Assembly (NCBI GenBank): GCA_963833985.1
Contig: CAWIAD010000002.1
Span: 224,001 to 288,000 of the forward strand
Origin: an uncultured Planctomycetaceae bacterium
GTDB lineage: Bacteria > Planctomycetota > Planctomycetia > Isosphaerales > Isosphaeraceae
Reading direction: 5' to 3'
DNA length: 64,000 nucleotides
Shown here: piece by piece, positions 44,596-54,526 of the stretch
How positions within the stretch are numbered: position 1 is the stretch's first letter
Layout of the letters: the number at the start of each line of letters is the position of its first letter
Translations under genes and position numbers: made by a program
Notes under the pieces: generated by a model
Databases searched by the model: none
Seen by the model: only the letters and a program-made list of their open reading frames with translations
Told to the model about the DNA's origin: nothing

Positions 44596-45339
44596 TCAGT
44601 TAATCGGCTTCGAGATGGCACTGGTGACCTGGCTGGTATTGATGAGGCCCTGGAACGCGGCGACGAAGTGGCCCGACCCCAGGGTGCCGCGCTGGGGATG
44701 CGGGTCGGGGAGATAGCGGATGTCGACAACTCCCGCCCCCTGGTAGAAGTCGAGCGTCAGGCCCGTGTACGGCCCCGCACTGGCGAACGAGTCATAGGTC
44801 CAGTTCAGGTGGGTCGGCAGCGCCTTCGGGCCGGATCCCGGCGCGGGAGTGGCGTTCATGTCCAGGATGTTCAGGCCACCGGTCTGGAGGTAGTTCTGGG
44901 GGATCAGCGAGGCGATGCCGGTGACCTGGTTGGCGTAGGGATTGCCGGGAGTGGGTGTCGCCCCGGGGTTGGCCGGCGGAAAAATCACCATTTCCAGCTT
45001 GCCCATGAGGAACTGGTTCGAGCCCCCCGTCTTCGATGAGGCATCGATCGTCATCGAGCGGTCATTGAAGCGCGGGGGGCTGATGGTATAGGTTCCGATA
45101 TACTTGGCCGTGAAGGTCTCACGCTTCACCTCGGAGGGCGTCGGCGTGCGCGGAGTGGCGGAGTTGGGGCCGTACAGCAGGTTGATGGAGCTGGCGATGA
45201 CGGCCGGGTTGGGGAACGGTGGTGCGCCGGCGGCGCGGCTTGCCGCGGGCAAGGTCGAGAGCAGGTCGCGTGATTCCAGACCCTCGCATTGCGGCCGCTG
45301 ACGCCTGGGAGGCCTCTCCTGCCGGAATCGCTCGTGCAT
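44596..45339 (-). CDS. LEPR-xLL secreted protein, paralogue B
   Basis: CEGLESRDLL leader; AAGGAG RBS. Confidence 0.85.
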   Translation of the reverse strand: MHERFRQERPPRRQRPQCEGLESRDLLSTLPAASRAAGAPPFPNPAVIASSINLLYGPNSATPRTPTPSEVKRETFTAKYIGTYTISPPRFNDRSMTIDASSKTGGSNQFLMGKLEMVIFPPANPGATPTPGNPYANQVTGIASLIPQNYLQTGGLNILDMNATPAPGSGPKALPTHLNWTYDSFASAGPYTGLTLDFYQGAGVVDIRYLPDPHPQRGTLGSGHFVAAFQGLINTSQVTSAISKPIN

Positions 45340-45358
45340 CGACGACCGCTCCTTTCGC

Positions 45359-46252
45359 CTAGTTGATCTGGGGGGCGATCGCATTGGTCGCTCCGGTCGA
45401 GTTCACCAGAGCCTGTACGGTGACGACGGCCTTGCCGGACCCGCGTGTACCGGCGCGGGGATGAGCGTCCGGAATGTACTGGATATCGAGCACTCCGCCA
45501 CCGCCCAGGTAGCCGACGGCGCCGCCGGTTCCGGGAATCAGGGGGAACGAAGCGCCGGTCGTGGCATCGGTCTGCACGGCCGGGGTCGAGGTGAACTGGG
45601 GCCCGGCGTAAACTCCGCCGCTGATGGGGTCGGGAGTCACCTGGAGGCGCGAGGGCAGGCCGTGGTCCAGGGCGCTGGGGTCGTTGCTGGCAACGCCGGG
45701 CAGGTTCGTCACGTTCATGATCAAGTACGTGGCCGAGCTCAGGTAGCTGAGCGGGAACGAGCTGAGCAGACCGACCACCTGGCCGGCAACCGGATCGTTC
45801 GTGGTGGGCCGGGCCGTGGGGTCTGCCGGGGTGAAGAGGATGAGCTGCGAGCGTGCGTGCAGGAACTGGTTAGACATCGCGTTGGCACCGTTGCTGTAGA
45901 TGTGGATCGTCGCAGACTGGTTGGAATAGCGCGGGGACCCGATGACGTAGCGGCCCACGAACCGCTCGACGAGCGTCTCGCGCTGGATCTCGCCCGCGGT
46001 CGGCTGCGGCACCGCGTAGGTCCCCGGCGCGAACACCTGGTTGCCGATCTGGATCGGGAAGGTGGTCGTCACCGGAGCGTAGACGGTGCTGACAAGCTGC
46101 TGGATCACGGCGGGGTCCGCGGGCTTGATCGGGGTGGAGAAGACCTGGGGGATCGCGACCGCGGGCACATCGCGCCGCTCCAGCCCTTCCACGCCCGGCC
46201 GGCAGTAACGCCGTGAGCTGCCTTTCGGTTCCCGCCGGCCAGGTCGTCGCAT
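45359..46252 (-). CDS. LEPR-xLL secreted protein, paralogue C
   Basis: VEGLERRDVP leader. Confidence 0.85.
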   Translation of the reverse strand: MRRPGRREPKGSSRRYCRPGVEGLERRDVPAVAIPQVFSTPIKPADPAVIQQLVSTVYAPVTTTFPIQIGNQVFAPGTYAVPQPTAGEIQRETLVERFVGRYVIGSPRYSNQSATIHIYSNGANAMSNQFLHARSQLILFTPADPTARPTTNDPVAGQVVGLLSSFPLSYLSSATYLIMNVTNLPGVASNDPSALDHGLPSRLQVTPDPISGGVYAGPQFTSTPAVQTDATTGASFPLIPGTGGAVGYLGGGGVLDIQYIPDAHPRAGTRGSGKAVVTVQALVNSTGATNAIAPQIN

Positions 46253-46309
46253 GAGCGAAAGGTCCTGATTGAATGATGGGGCACGCAGCGGAGCCGCCCG
46301 GGCTCTGGA

Positions 46310-47923
46310 CTAGGGCAACACCCGCTCGCCGACGGCCGTGTTCAGGTCGAGCATGGCCCGCCGGTGGCGGACCAGACCATCGCGGTAAGACCGGACCACG
46401 TCGTTGAACGCTCTCTGGGCCTCCAGGTAGTCGAGCAGGCTATCGTTCCCCTGCTGCCACCGGCGGTAGGCAGCATTGCGTACTTCCTTGGCCGCGGGGA
46501 GGACCACGGTCTCGGTTCGCACGACATTCTGGAGACTCAGGTTGAATTCCCGCACGGCGTCGAAGACATCGTCGTTGACATGGCGCTTCGCACTTTCACG
46601 CTGAAGTTCGGACTGGAACACATTGATCTTGGCGCGGCGAATATTTCCCTGGTTGCGATTGAACAGCGGCACCGTGGCGGTGACACCGAGGGTCCAGGAC
46701 GTCGGGCTTTGAACTCCCAGATACGAGTTGTTCTGGTAAGTGTAGGGCTGCCAGAGCAGGTAGACGTCAGGATAGCCGTTGGCCTTGCCCAGTTGCTCGT
46801 CGGCATGGGCGCGCTCCACGGCCAGCCGCGCCGCATGGAGATCCGGCCGCGCCGCGTAGGCGCGCTCCAGGAGCTCCTCGCGTGAGACGGGCAGGGGCCG
46901 GACGTCGCGAATGAAATCGCGCACCTCGATCCGGGCTGCCTCGGTGAGCGGCATGTTCAGCACCAGTGCCAGGTTCTGCTGGCTGGACTGGAGCGCTCCT
47001 TCGGCGTCCTTGATGGCCAGGTCTGCCTGTTCGAGCTGAGCCTTGATCGTCAGCACCTCCGGCGGTGTGACGAAGCCGGCAACCTGCTTGCCCTCGGTCA
47101 GGGCCAGCAGCTTGCGCAGGCCCTGAGCGTACACCTGGGTAAAGGTCAGCGTCACACGCGCCGCGACATTATCAACATAATAAGTATAAAGTGTATCAAC
47201 CTGATTTCGCACCGCGTCGATCATCTGGGCCTCGGCGACGTGCTTGGCGCGCTGGGCCACGATGGTCCGGAACCGGCGCTTGCGCGTGACGTCCAGAGGA
47301 TAATTGAGGTTGAGGTCGTACTGCCCGGGACCGCCGGGACGCCGAAAGCTGTAATGGCCGTAGGGCACAAGCTGGTTGTCGGCGTAAAAGATCGGGTTGC
47401 CGCGCAGGCTGGCCGTCAGGATGTCCGCGTCGGCCATGGAGATTTCCAGCCGCTGGGCGTAGAGATCGATGTTCTGCTTCACGCAAACGTCAATCGCCTG
47501 GTCGATGGTCATTCCGTTCGCGGGACCGACCTCGAGCGAGCCGACCGGAACATCAAGGCCTTCGCCGTAGCTTGGTACCACCGCCGGCTGGACCGAGGTC
47601 CTCTGGAACAAGGCGGCGGTCTGCGGGCGGATCATGGGCGTGTTCGTGGTGGTCACTCCGGCCAGGGGGGCATGGCTGCCTTGAGGCCCGGCCCGGCCCG
47701 CGACCGGCCGCGGCGACACCGGTGACCCTTCCTCGACAAACCCCGCTTGCCCCAGCGCCGGCCCAAGCATACTGTTGCCTTCGGCGGCGCCGGAGGGCTG
47801 GTCGATATTGAACTGGGGGCCCTGCGCCATGGCGGCACGATCCGCAAGCGCCAGCCAGCCGATGACCAGAGCAAGCAGCGCGCGTCGCTGAGCGGCTCTC
47901 AACTCCGGTCGAAGGATACTCAT
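46310..47923 (-). CDS. TolC/CzcC-family outer membrane efflux protein
   Basis: RPDLHAARL, YPD, VPLFNRNQGNI, SLLDYLEAQR, LNTAVG. Confidence 0.9.
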   Translation of the reverse strand: MSILRPELRAAQRRALLALVIGWLALADRAAMAQGPQFNIDQPSGAAEGNSMLGPALGQAGFVEEGSPVSPRPVAGRAGPQGSHAPLAGVTTTNTPMIRPQTAALFQRTSVQPAVVPSYGEGLDVPVGSLEVGPANGMTIDQAIDVCVKQNIDLYAQRLEISMADADILTASLRGNPIFYADNQLVPYGHYSFRRPGGPGQYDLNLNYPLDVTRKRRFRTIVAQRAKHVAEAQMIDAVRNQVDTLYTYYVDNVAARVTLTFTQVYAQGLRKLLALTEGKQVAGFVTPPEVLTIKAQLEQADLAIKDAEGALQSSQQNLALVLNMPLTEAARIEVRDFIRDVRPLPVSREELLERAYAARPDLHAARLAVERAHADEQLGKANGYPDVYLLWQPYTYQNNSYLGVQSPTSWTLGVTATVPLFNRNQGNIRRAKINVFQSELQRESAKRHVNDDVFDAVREFNLSLQNVVRTETVVLPAAKEVRNAAYRRWQQGNDSLLDYLEAQRAFNDVVRSYRDGLVRHRRAMLDLNTAVGERVLP

Positions 47924-48262
47924 GCCAGACCGCCTCCCCTTGACCCTCTTGCACCTTCCTGGACCGGTTCGCACGAAGCGATCTCTCGCGAGAACTGGTA
48001 AAGGGCGGAATTTGCGAGGGTCTGGTCTTTCGTGACGGGATGGGACGTGAGGCCGCACCGGTGCTGGACCGGGCGTGACCGTCCCTTTTATCGGAACAAC
48101 CGCTACATTCCCTGAAGTCTTTCTCGGCAGGAGCAAGATCCGCTCCCCGCGCGAATCCTGTTCACCAGTCCATGCCGACTTGCCACTGGACGGTGGATGG
48201 AGCCTGGCTTACGATCTGGCTTGGAAGCGGCAGTGTGACGGACCGGCCTCGGGAGACCCATC

Positions 48263-49750
48263 TTGGCGACGCACGCCGGCGATGCATCTGGAAGCGATCC
48301 TGAAACCTCCCCGGATTCACCCGCGCACGTTCCGCCCCAGGCAAAACCCGGAGTCCTGACCGCCCGCTGGGCATGGTCCATCTTCGCAGTCCTGTTCCTG
48401 GTCCACCTGCTGGAGTCGCTGGATCGCTGGCTGCTTCCCGCCGTCCTGCGGTCGGTGAGCCAGGAACTGCAACTCACCGATGCGCAGGCGGGCTGGCTGG
48501 CCACGGTGCTGCTTGCCAGCTATGCCGTCTGGGGGCCGCTCGTCGGTTACCTGGCCGACCGGCTCAGGCGTCCCCGGCTGATGGCGGTGGGAATTGCCGT
48601 CTGGAGCCTGGCCACCGTTGGCACCGGGCTGGCACGGTCGTACAATGAGCTACAACTGGCTCGCGCACTGGTCGGCATGGGAGGATCGACGTTTGGCGTC
48701 ACCGCACTGTCGATCCTGATGGACCTGTTTCCGCGAGGCGTGCGGGCGCGCTTGTTATCGGCCTATTACCTGGCGATGCCGCTGGGCGCCGCACTGGCCT
48801 TCTCGCTGGGCACGATGCTTGCCCAGGCCGCCACCTGGCACATGGCCTTCCTGGTGGCAGGCGCGCCGGGGCTCGTGCTCGCCCTCTGGATTCTCACCCT
48901 CCCCGATCCGCTGCGCGGCACCAGCGAAGGCGTCGAGGAGCAACGGTTGCGGCTGCACGAGCGCGTCGGCCCCAGCCGCGAGGACTATGTCGACCTCATG
49001 GTGAATTCCTCGTACACCTACTCGGTTTTCGGCCTGGCTTTCTCCATGTTCGCCATCGGCGGGTTGATCGTCTGGCTGCCGACGTTCCTGGTCGTGGTCC
49101 ACGAGGTCCCCACGGCCCGGACCAACTTCTGGCTGGCCTTCGTCGTGCCGGCTGCCATGGTGGCAGGCATGTCGGTTGGCGGCTGGCTGGCCGACCGTTA
49201 TTCACGGATCAATCCCCGGGCACTGTTTCTGGTTCCCGGCCTGGCGATGCTGGGCGCCATTCCTTGCCTGTTGATGGCGATCTTTGGACGGGGCGAATCC
49301 TTCGTACTCGCCTGCGTGTTCCTGACTGTCGCCTTGCTCTTCACGAACGCCGGCCCTTGCCACGCCATCATTGCCAACGTGGTGCTGCCGAACATGCGGG
49401 CGGTCGCCTACGCCGTGGCGCTGGCGGCGACACACCTGCTGGGCGATCTCTGGTCGCCCACGGTCATGGGCTGGGTCTCGGACACCTTCGGCCAGGATGA
49501 TTCCATGGCCACGCCGTTTGGGCGGGCCCTGGCCGCCATCGGGGCAACGCCCCGCGCCCAGCCCGGTCACGACCCGGAGAACCTGATTGCCGCACTGCTG
49601 ACTGCCGTACCCGCACTGCTGATTGCGGGAGCCGTCCTGCTTGCCGGCTGCCGGCACCTGCCGCGCGAGATGGCGCTGATGATCGCCAAGCTGCGGGCAT
49701 CACCCGTACGCCGTTCGACCGGCCGGCCCCCGCCTGGACGCCGGGCTTGA
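48263..49750 (+). CDS. MFS transporter (Spinster-like)
   Basis: LDRW, GYLADRLRR, ARALVGMG, HLLGD; about 12 TM helices. Confidence 0.9.
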   Translation: MATHAGDASGSDPETSPDSPAHVPPQAKPGVLTARWAWSIFAVLFLVHLLESLDRWLLPAVLRSVSQELQLTDAQAGWLATVLLASYAVWGPLVGYLADRLRRPRLMAVGIAVWSLATVGTGLARSYNELQLARALVGMGGSTFGVTALSILMDLFPRGVRARLLSAYYLAMPLGAALAFSLGTMLAQAATWHMAFLVAGAPGLVLALWILTLPDPLRGTSEGVEEQRLRLHERVGPSREDYVDLMVNSSYTYSVFGLAFSMFAIGGLIVWLPTFLVVVHEVPTARTNFWLAFVVPAAMVAGMSVGGWLADRYSRINPRALFLVPGLAMLGAIPCLLMAIFGRGESFVLACVFLTVALLFTNAGPCHAIIANVVLPNMRAVAYAVALAATHLLGDLWSPTVMGWVSDTFGQDDSMATPFGRALAAIGATPRAQPGHDPENLIAALLTAVPALLIAGAVLLAGCRHLPREMALMIAKLRASPVRRSTGRPPPGRRA

Positions 49751-49846
49751 TACACCTGAGACTCAAGCATGAGCGATCACTGATTTCACTTTCCTTGGAA
49801 TCTCATTCGCACCAAGCCAAGCTTGTTCACAAAAGGAGAACCTACG

Positions 49847-50842
49847 ATGGCAACCCCGATTCGCGTGGCGGTAACCGGAGCGGGCGGTCAAATTGGCTAC
49901 GCTTTACTGTTCCGTTTGGCATCCGGGGCGGTCTTTGGCCCGGAACAGCCAGTCGCGCTGCAATTGCTGGAAATCACACCGGCCCTGCCCGCCCTGGGCG
50001 GCACGCTCATGGAACTGGAAGACTGCGCCTTCCCGCTGCTGGCCGACGTCAAGGCCACGGACAAGGCCGTGGAGGCATTCGCGGGAGCGGACTGGGTGAT
50101 ACTGGTCGGCGGCCTGCCCAGGAAAGATGGGATGAGCCGGGGGGACCTGATCCGCGCCAATGGACCGATCTTCACGGGCCAGGGCAAGGCGATCAATGAT
50201 GTGGCGAGCCCGGACGTGCGAGTGGTCACCGTGGCCAACCCATGCAACACCAACTGCCTGATCGCGCGGTCGCACGCGCCCAAGGTTCCTGCCGATCGGT
50301 GGTTTGCCATGACGCGGCTGGACCAGAACCGAGCCGCTTCGCAACTGGCGAGGAAAGCCGGCGTGCCCGTGGCGTCGGTCAAGAGGGTGACCATCTGGGG
50401 CAACCATAGCGACACCCAGTATCCCGATTACAAGAACGCCGAGATTGCCGGGGCGTCGGCGACGACCGTGATCCCTGACGCGGCCTGGTTCACCGAGACC
50501 TTCATTCCCACCGTGGCCAAGCGTGGCGGCGCCGTGATCAAGGTGCGCGGGGCGTCATCGGCGGCCTCCGCGGCCAATGCCGCTCTGGACACCGTCCGGT
50601 CGCTCCACTTTCCGACGCCCGTGGGCGAATGGTTCAGCGCCGGGGTGGTCTCCGACGGCAGCTACGGCATCCCCGCCGGCCTGATCTACAGCTATCCGCT
50701 GGTGTCCAAGGGCGGAGCGCACTGGTCGATCGTCCCGGACCTGCCCATCGACGACGAGGCCCGCAAGCGGCTCGACGCCTCGGCCGCAGAACTGGTTTCC
50801 GAGCGCGAAGCGGTGCAGGATCTGCTCGGCCCGGCGGCGTGA
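49847..50842 (+). CDS. mdh: Malate dehydrogenase
   Basis: [51 protein letters not shown]. Confidence 0.97.
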   Translation: MATPIRVAVTGAGGQIGYALLFRLASGAVFGPEQPVALQLLEITPALPALGGTLMELEDCAFPLLADVKATDKAVEAFAGADWVILVGGLPRKDGMSRGDLIRANGPIFTGQGKAINDVASPDVRVVTVANPCNTNCLIARSHAPKVPADRWFAMTRLDQNRAASQLARKAGVPVASVKRVTIWGNHSDTQYPDYKNAEIAGASATTVIPDAAWFTETFIPTVAKRGGAVIKVRGASSAASAANAALDTVRSLHFPTPVGEWFSAGVVSDGSYGIPAGLIYSYPLVSKGGAHWSIVPDLPIDDEARKRLDASAAELVSEREAVQDLLGPAA

Positions 50843-50937
50843 TGCGGCCTGCCTGGAACGGGTAGAATGTTGAGAGCTCGCAATCAAGCCCTGCGCGGAG
50901 CGCCGTTCTGCGCAGGAGTGGGCCCGGAGGACTCTTC

Positions 50938-51648
50938 ATGGCAGCTCAGCTATCCTCTCCCGCGACGACGGACGACCCGCCGGTCGACTACCCCACCGGC
51001 GATGGTCAGCCGATGGCGGAGACGCCTACCCATCGCGACAACATGATCGTGATGCTCGACGTTCTGAGATCCCGGTTCGCCCCGGACCCCATGGTCTATG
51101 TCTCGGGTAACATGTTTCTCTACTGGGTGCCGGGCAAGAAGCGCAGGCACGTCTCTCCGGACGTTTTCCTGGTACGAGGTATTCTCAACAAGGACCGTGA
51201 TGCTTACTTCGTATGGCGCGAAGGCAAGGGTCCGGACGTCGTTTTCGAGTATACCTCCCCATCGACGCGGGATGAGGACCTCCACAAAAAATATCTCCTG
51301 TATCAGCATGTGCTTCAGGTTCCCGAATATTTTCTCTTCGATCCTAAGGAGGAATACCTGAGGCCATCGCTCCAGGGGTTCCGGCTCCGCTCCGGGCGCT
51401 ATGCGGCCATCGAACCGGTCGCAGGCCGCTTACCCAGCGAGGTGCTGGGCCTGCACCTCGAGCGAGAGGGGGCTTTCCTGCGGCTTCACGATCCTGCCAC
51501 CGGAACCAGGCTCATGACCTCATGGGAGTCGCTGAGCGCCGCGGAAGCCGCCCTACGTCGAGCCGAAATCGAAAAAAGGCAGGCCGAAGCGGAGCGTGAG
51601 GCCATGCTACGCGAGCTCGAGGAGCTGAGGCGCAAGCGCAACCCGTGA
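50938..51648 (+). CDS. Uma2 family endonuclease
   Basis: YPTGDGQPMAET, SPDVF, PDVVFEYTSPST, VPEYFLFDP. Confidence 0.93.
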   Translation: MAAQLSSPATTDDPPVDYPTGDGQPMAETPTHRDNMIVMLDVLRSRFAPDPMVYVSGNMFLYWVPGKKRRHVSPDVFLVRGILNKDRDAYFVWREGKGPDVVFEYTSPSTRDEDLHKKYLLYQHVLQVPEYFLFDPKEEYLRPSLQGFRLRSGRYAAIEPVAGRLPSEVLGLHLEREGAFLRLHDPATGTRLMTSWESLSAAEAALRRAEIEKRQAEAEREAMLRELEELRRKRNP

Positions 51649-51694
51649 GCCGGAGGTCTTCTCCTGCACGATTCTGGGAGCTTCCCGATCCACC

Positions 51695-53605
51695 TTACCG
51701 GAGGGGACGACCGCCGGGTCCGTCGCCTGCGCGGGCGTTCGGGTCCAGGCCAATGATCCGGCTGCGCGGGCGGCTGCGATCCACGATCACGGGCGCGGAG
51801 TCGGTCGTCTCCGCGCCGCCGCGGTGGCCGACGGAGTCAACCGCCTCGACGCGGATATGAAACCGGGCCGGGAAGCTCGGCGGAACCGTCCAGATGTACT
51901 GGCCCATGTTCTCCTGCGTGTCGATGATTGGCTGCCAGGCCGACCCGGGCTGGTCGGGACGCCACATGAGCGCGACCGAGCGCGGCGCAAGGTGAAGATC
52001 GCTGGCGCGCCAGGTGATTGCCACCTTGCCGGTGTGCGGCCCCGTACCGATCTGGGGCGGGTAGAGTTGCACCGACGGCGGTGTCGTATCGACTTCAACC
52101 CATGTCTGGGGAGGGTCCCCGGGGGCAGGCGGCTGATCGCCAAGGCCCGAGGCGGAGCGTGCAACCAGGCTCAGGCCATAAGTCCCTTCACCACTCAGGT
52201 CCACGTCGAATGGTGAGACCCGGTCGGGGTCCTCGCCGCGGCGGATCCAGGTCCGGCCGCCGTCCTGCGTGAGCCACAGTTCCACGACTGCCGGGCCGTC
52301 GGGTCCGGCATCCTCGATGGCATATTGAAGCTTAAACCGAGGGCTGGGGACCAGCATCGAGCGATTGCCTCCGGCGCTCACGCCGCCCGGTGCGGGACTG
52401 GCTCCCGGTCCCCCCCCCGCGAAGCCATTGGCTCCCCCCGCGCTGTTCGCGACCGGGAAGGGATTGGAGAACGCCGGCGGCAGCGCCGCGAACGAGCCGG
52501 CGGTTGCCGGGCCGCCGGGCCGCTGGTTTCCCGCCGTCGAGGTTTCGTCCCCACGCTGCCACTCGTAAGGTGTGGGTGAGGGGCGCGCGGCTGCCGCCGA
52601 TGGGGCCTCGGTGGCGCGTGGGCGGCGTGCGAGGGTGCGCTTCGGCGCCTGCGCCCGGGCACTGGCGTTCGAGGCTGAGCCCGGATCTTCCTGCACTGCC
52701 GGGAAGCCCGGTCCCGCGGCGATGGCGGAGCTGGGGTCAGAGATGCGCTCGACGGCGGGCGGTACCGCGCCGGCGTCGGCATTCGCGAAGTCACTCTCTC
52801 CTGCCGCGCCTTCGGCCATCACGAGCTCGGCGTCCACCAGGTTCCCTGCCTTGTCGGCCACCGAGGCGCGCACCCGCAGGGGGTCGGCTGTGCCGGCATC
52901 CCAGCGCTGGGCACCGAGCAAGGCGGATCGGCGGATGGGAACGGTTCGCCAGGACTTTGCGCCGTCCACCTGGTACTCGAGCAGCAGCGACTTCAGGTCG
53001 AGATGCTCGTCCTTCACTTCCCAGCGGACGCCGGCCACACTCCCTCGCCGCCCGTCGGGCTCGAGCACGATCGACGGCGGCAGGGTGTCCACAACGACCT
53101 TCATGCTTGGCTCGACCGTCTGGTCCATGGGGGGCGAGTACTCGTCGTTGAGCGTGACCGTACGGGTAGCGAACCAGAACTCGCCATCATGCGAGGTGCG
53201 GAAAGTGAACTTGCCCAGCTCCGGGGTGGTCTTGCTCTTGGGTTCCCAGTGAAAGCCGGAGTCCTCAGAGACCCAGAGCTGGATCTCCTTGAGCCGCGCC
53301 CGGCCTTCGGCGTCGATGTGGAACGGGATCCGGAACGAACGCTTCTTCTGGTAAATCAAAGGGACCTTGGCGGCCTGCGGGCGTGATGGAGGGTCGGCCG
53401 CACGGCTCGGATCGGCCCGGAAAGTCATGGCGAAGCCAAGCGCAAGGACGCTCGCGGCCAGAGCCTTCAGGCTCCAACCACCGCGACTTCCCTGCGCTCG
53501 ACAACTCGTTCGCCACACGAGACTGTTCTCCCTACCCGAGATGCCGACATCAGGCCGGCCCCAGACCTCCGCCCCGCCTCGCTGACTCGCTGGCGATGGC
53601 ATCAC
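51695..53605 (-). CDS. Planctomycete-type secreted protein with duplicated beta-sandwich modules
   Basis: Two repeats (LWVSEDSGFHW...VVDTLPP and LWLTQDGGRTW...EVDTTPP) separated by a low-complexity linker. Confidence 0.75.
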   Translation of the reverse strand: MMPSPASQRGGAEVWGRPDVGISGRENSLVWRTSCRAQGSRGGWSLKALAASVLALGFAMTFRADPSRAADPPSRPQAAKVPLIYQKKRSFRIPFHIDAEGRARLKEIQLWVSEDSGFHWEPKSKTTPELGKFTFRTSHDGEFWFATRTVTLNDEYSPPMDQTVEPSMKVVVDTLPPSIVLEPDGRRGSVAGVRWEVKDEHLDLKSLLLEYQVDGAKSWRTVPIRRSALLGAQRWDAGTADPLRVRASVADKAGNLVDAELVMAEGAAGESDFANADAGAVPPAVERISDPSSAIAAGPGFPAVQEDPGSASNASARAQAPKRTLARRPRATEAPSAAAARPSPTPYEWQRGDETSTAGNQRPGGPATAGSFAALPPAFSNPFPVANSAGGANGFAGGGPGASPAPGGVSAGGNRSMLVPSPRFKLQYAIEDAGPDGPAVVELWLTQDGGRTWIRRGEDPDRVSPFDVDLSGEGTYGLSLVARSASGLGDQPPAPGDPPQTWVEVDTTPPSVQLYPPQIGTGPHTGKVAITWRASDLHLAPRSVALMWRPDQPGSAWQPIIDTQENMGQYIWTVPPSFPARFHIRVEAVDSVGHRGGAETTDSAPVIVDRSRPRSRIIGLDPNARAGDGPGGRPLR

Positions 53606-53792
53606 CTTGCAGAAAGGACCAGGTCCGGGCGCGGACCCGAGCTTATGCCTTGTTTATCGACCCGTGCTGCGGCTCAGCTTGAAACGATTCCGCGGAAGAA
53701 TCCGGTGACGCGGGAAGTTCCGGCGGAATTGATCGCACCAGGCAAAATGGGCAAAATAAGAGAAGACCGATTGAGACTGGTGCAACAGATGT

Positions 53793-54443
53793 TTAGTGGA
53801 GCTCACGCGTCCTGGCGATGATCGCGGCGAACTGGCGGGCCAGCTCGCGGATGTGGGCAAAATCGCCTGCGGCGATGGCTTTTGCCTCCACCAGCGCACC
53901 GCCGACGCCCAGGCAAGAGGCGCCCGCTTTGAGAAAGGCTTCGGCCGTGCTGAGATCCACTCCCCCGGTGGGCATGAGCCGCACCTGGGGCAAGGGCCCG
54001 CGAAGTGCGCGAAGATAGTTTGGGCCGCCCACGTCGGACGGGAAGATCTTGACGATATCGGCGCCGGCCTCCCACGCGGTCACAACCTCGGTGGGAGTGA
54101 ACGCCCCGGGCATGACAGCCTTGTCGTAGCGGCGACAGAGCCGGATGACCTCCAGATTCACGATCGGCGAGACGATGTACTCCGCACCGGCAAGCAAGGC
54201 CGCGCGGGCGGTCTCGGGATCGAGCACCGTGCCCGCGCCCAGCACGACCGCATCGCCCACCGTGCGGCGAACTTGGCGGATCACCTCCACGGCATCGGGC
54301 ACAGTGAACGTGATCTCCGCCGCCGTGACGCCTCCCTCCGCGAGCGCCTCGACCACCTTCACCAGCGAGTCGCTCGACTCGGAACGGACGACCGCGACGA
54401 TGCCGCCCTTGAGGATTCTCTGAAGAATGGTCTCTCGATTCAT
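53793..54443 (-). CDS. eda: KDPG/KHG aldolase
   Basis: IVAVVR, EITF, GAGTVL, PGAFTPTE, KIFP, MPTGGV. Confidence 0.95.
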   Translation of the reverse strand: MNRETILQRILKGGIVAVVRSESSDSLVKVVEALAEGGVTAAEITFTVPDAVEVIRQVRRTVGDAVVLGAGTVLDPETARAALLAGAEYIVSPIVNLEVIRLCRRYDKAVMPGAFTPTEVVTAWEAGADIVKIFPSDVGGPNYLRALRGPLPQVRLMPTGGVDLSTAEAFLKAGASCLGVGGALVEAKAIAAGDFAHIRELARQFAAIIARTRELH

Positions 54444-54526
54444 GGGAACCGCCTCGAGGAATGGTGTGAGTGGACCAGGTTTTCGATCCGGACACCGGCG
54501 TCACCGCAATGCCTGCCAGATCTTCC

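Noticed and set aside
47165..47205. AT-rich patch inside tolC as a regulatory site
   Set aside because: Explained by Tyr/Thr/Asn codons (DTLYTYYVDN); no clear palindrome.
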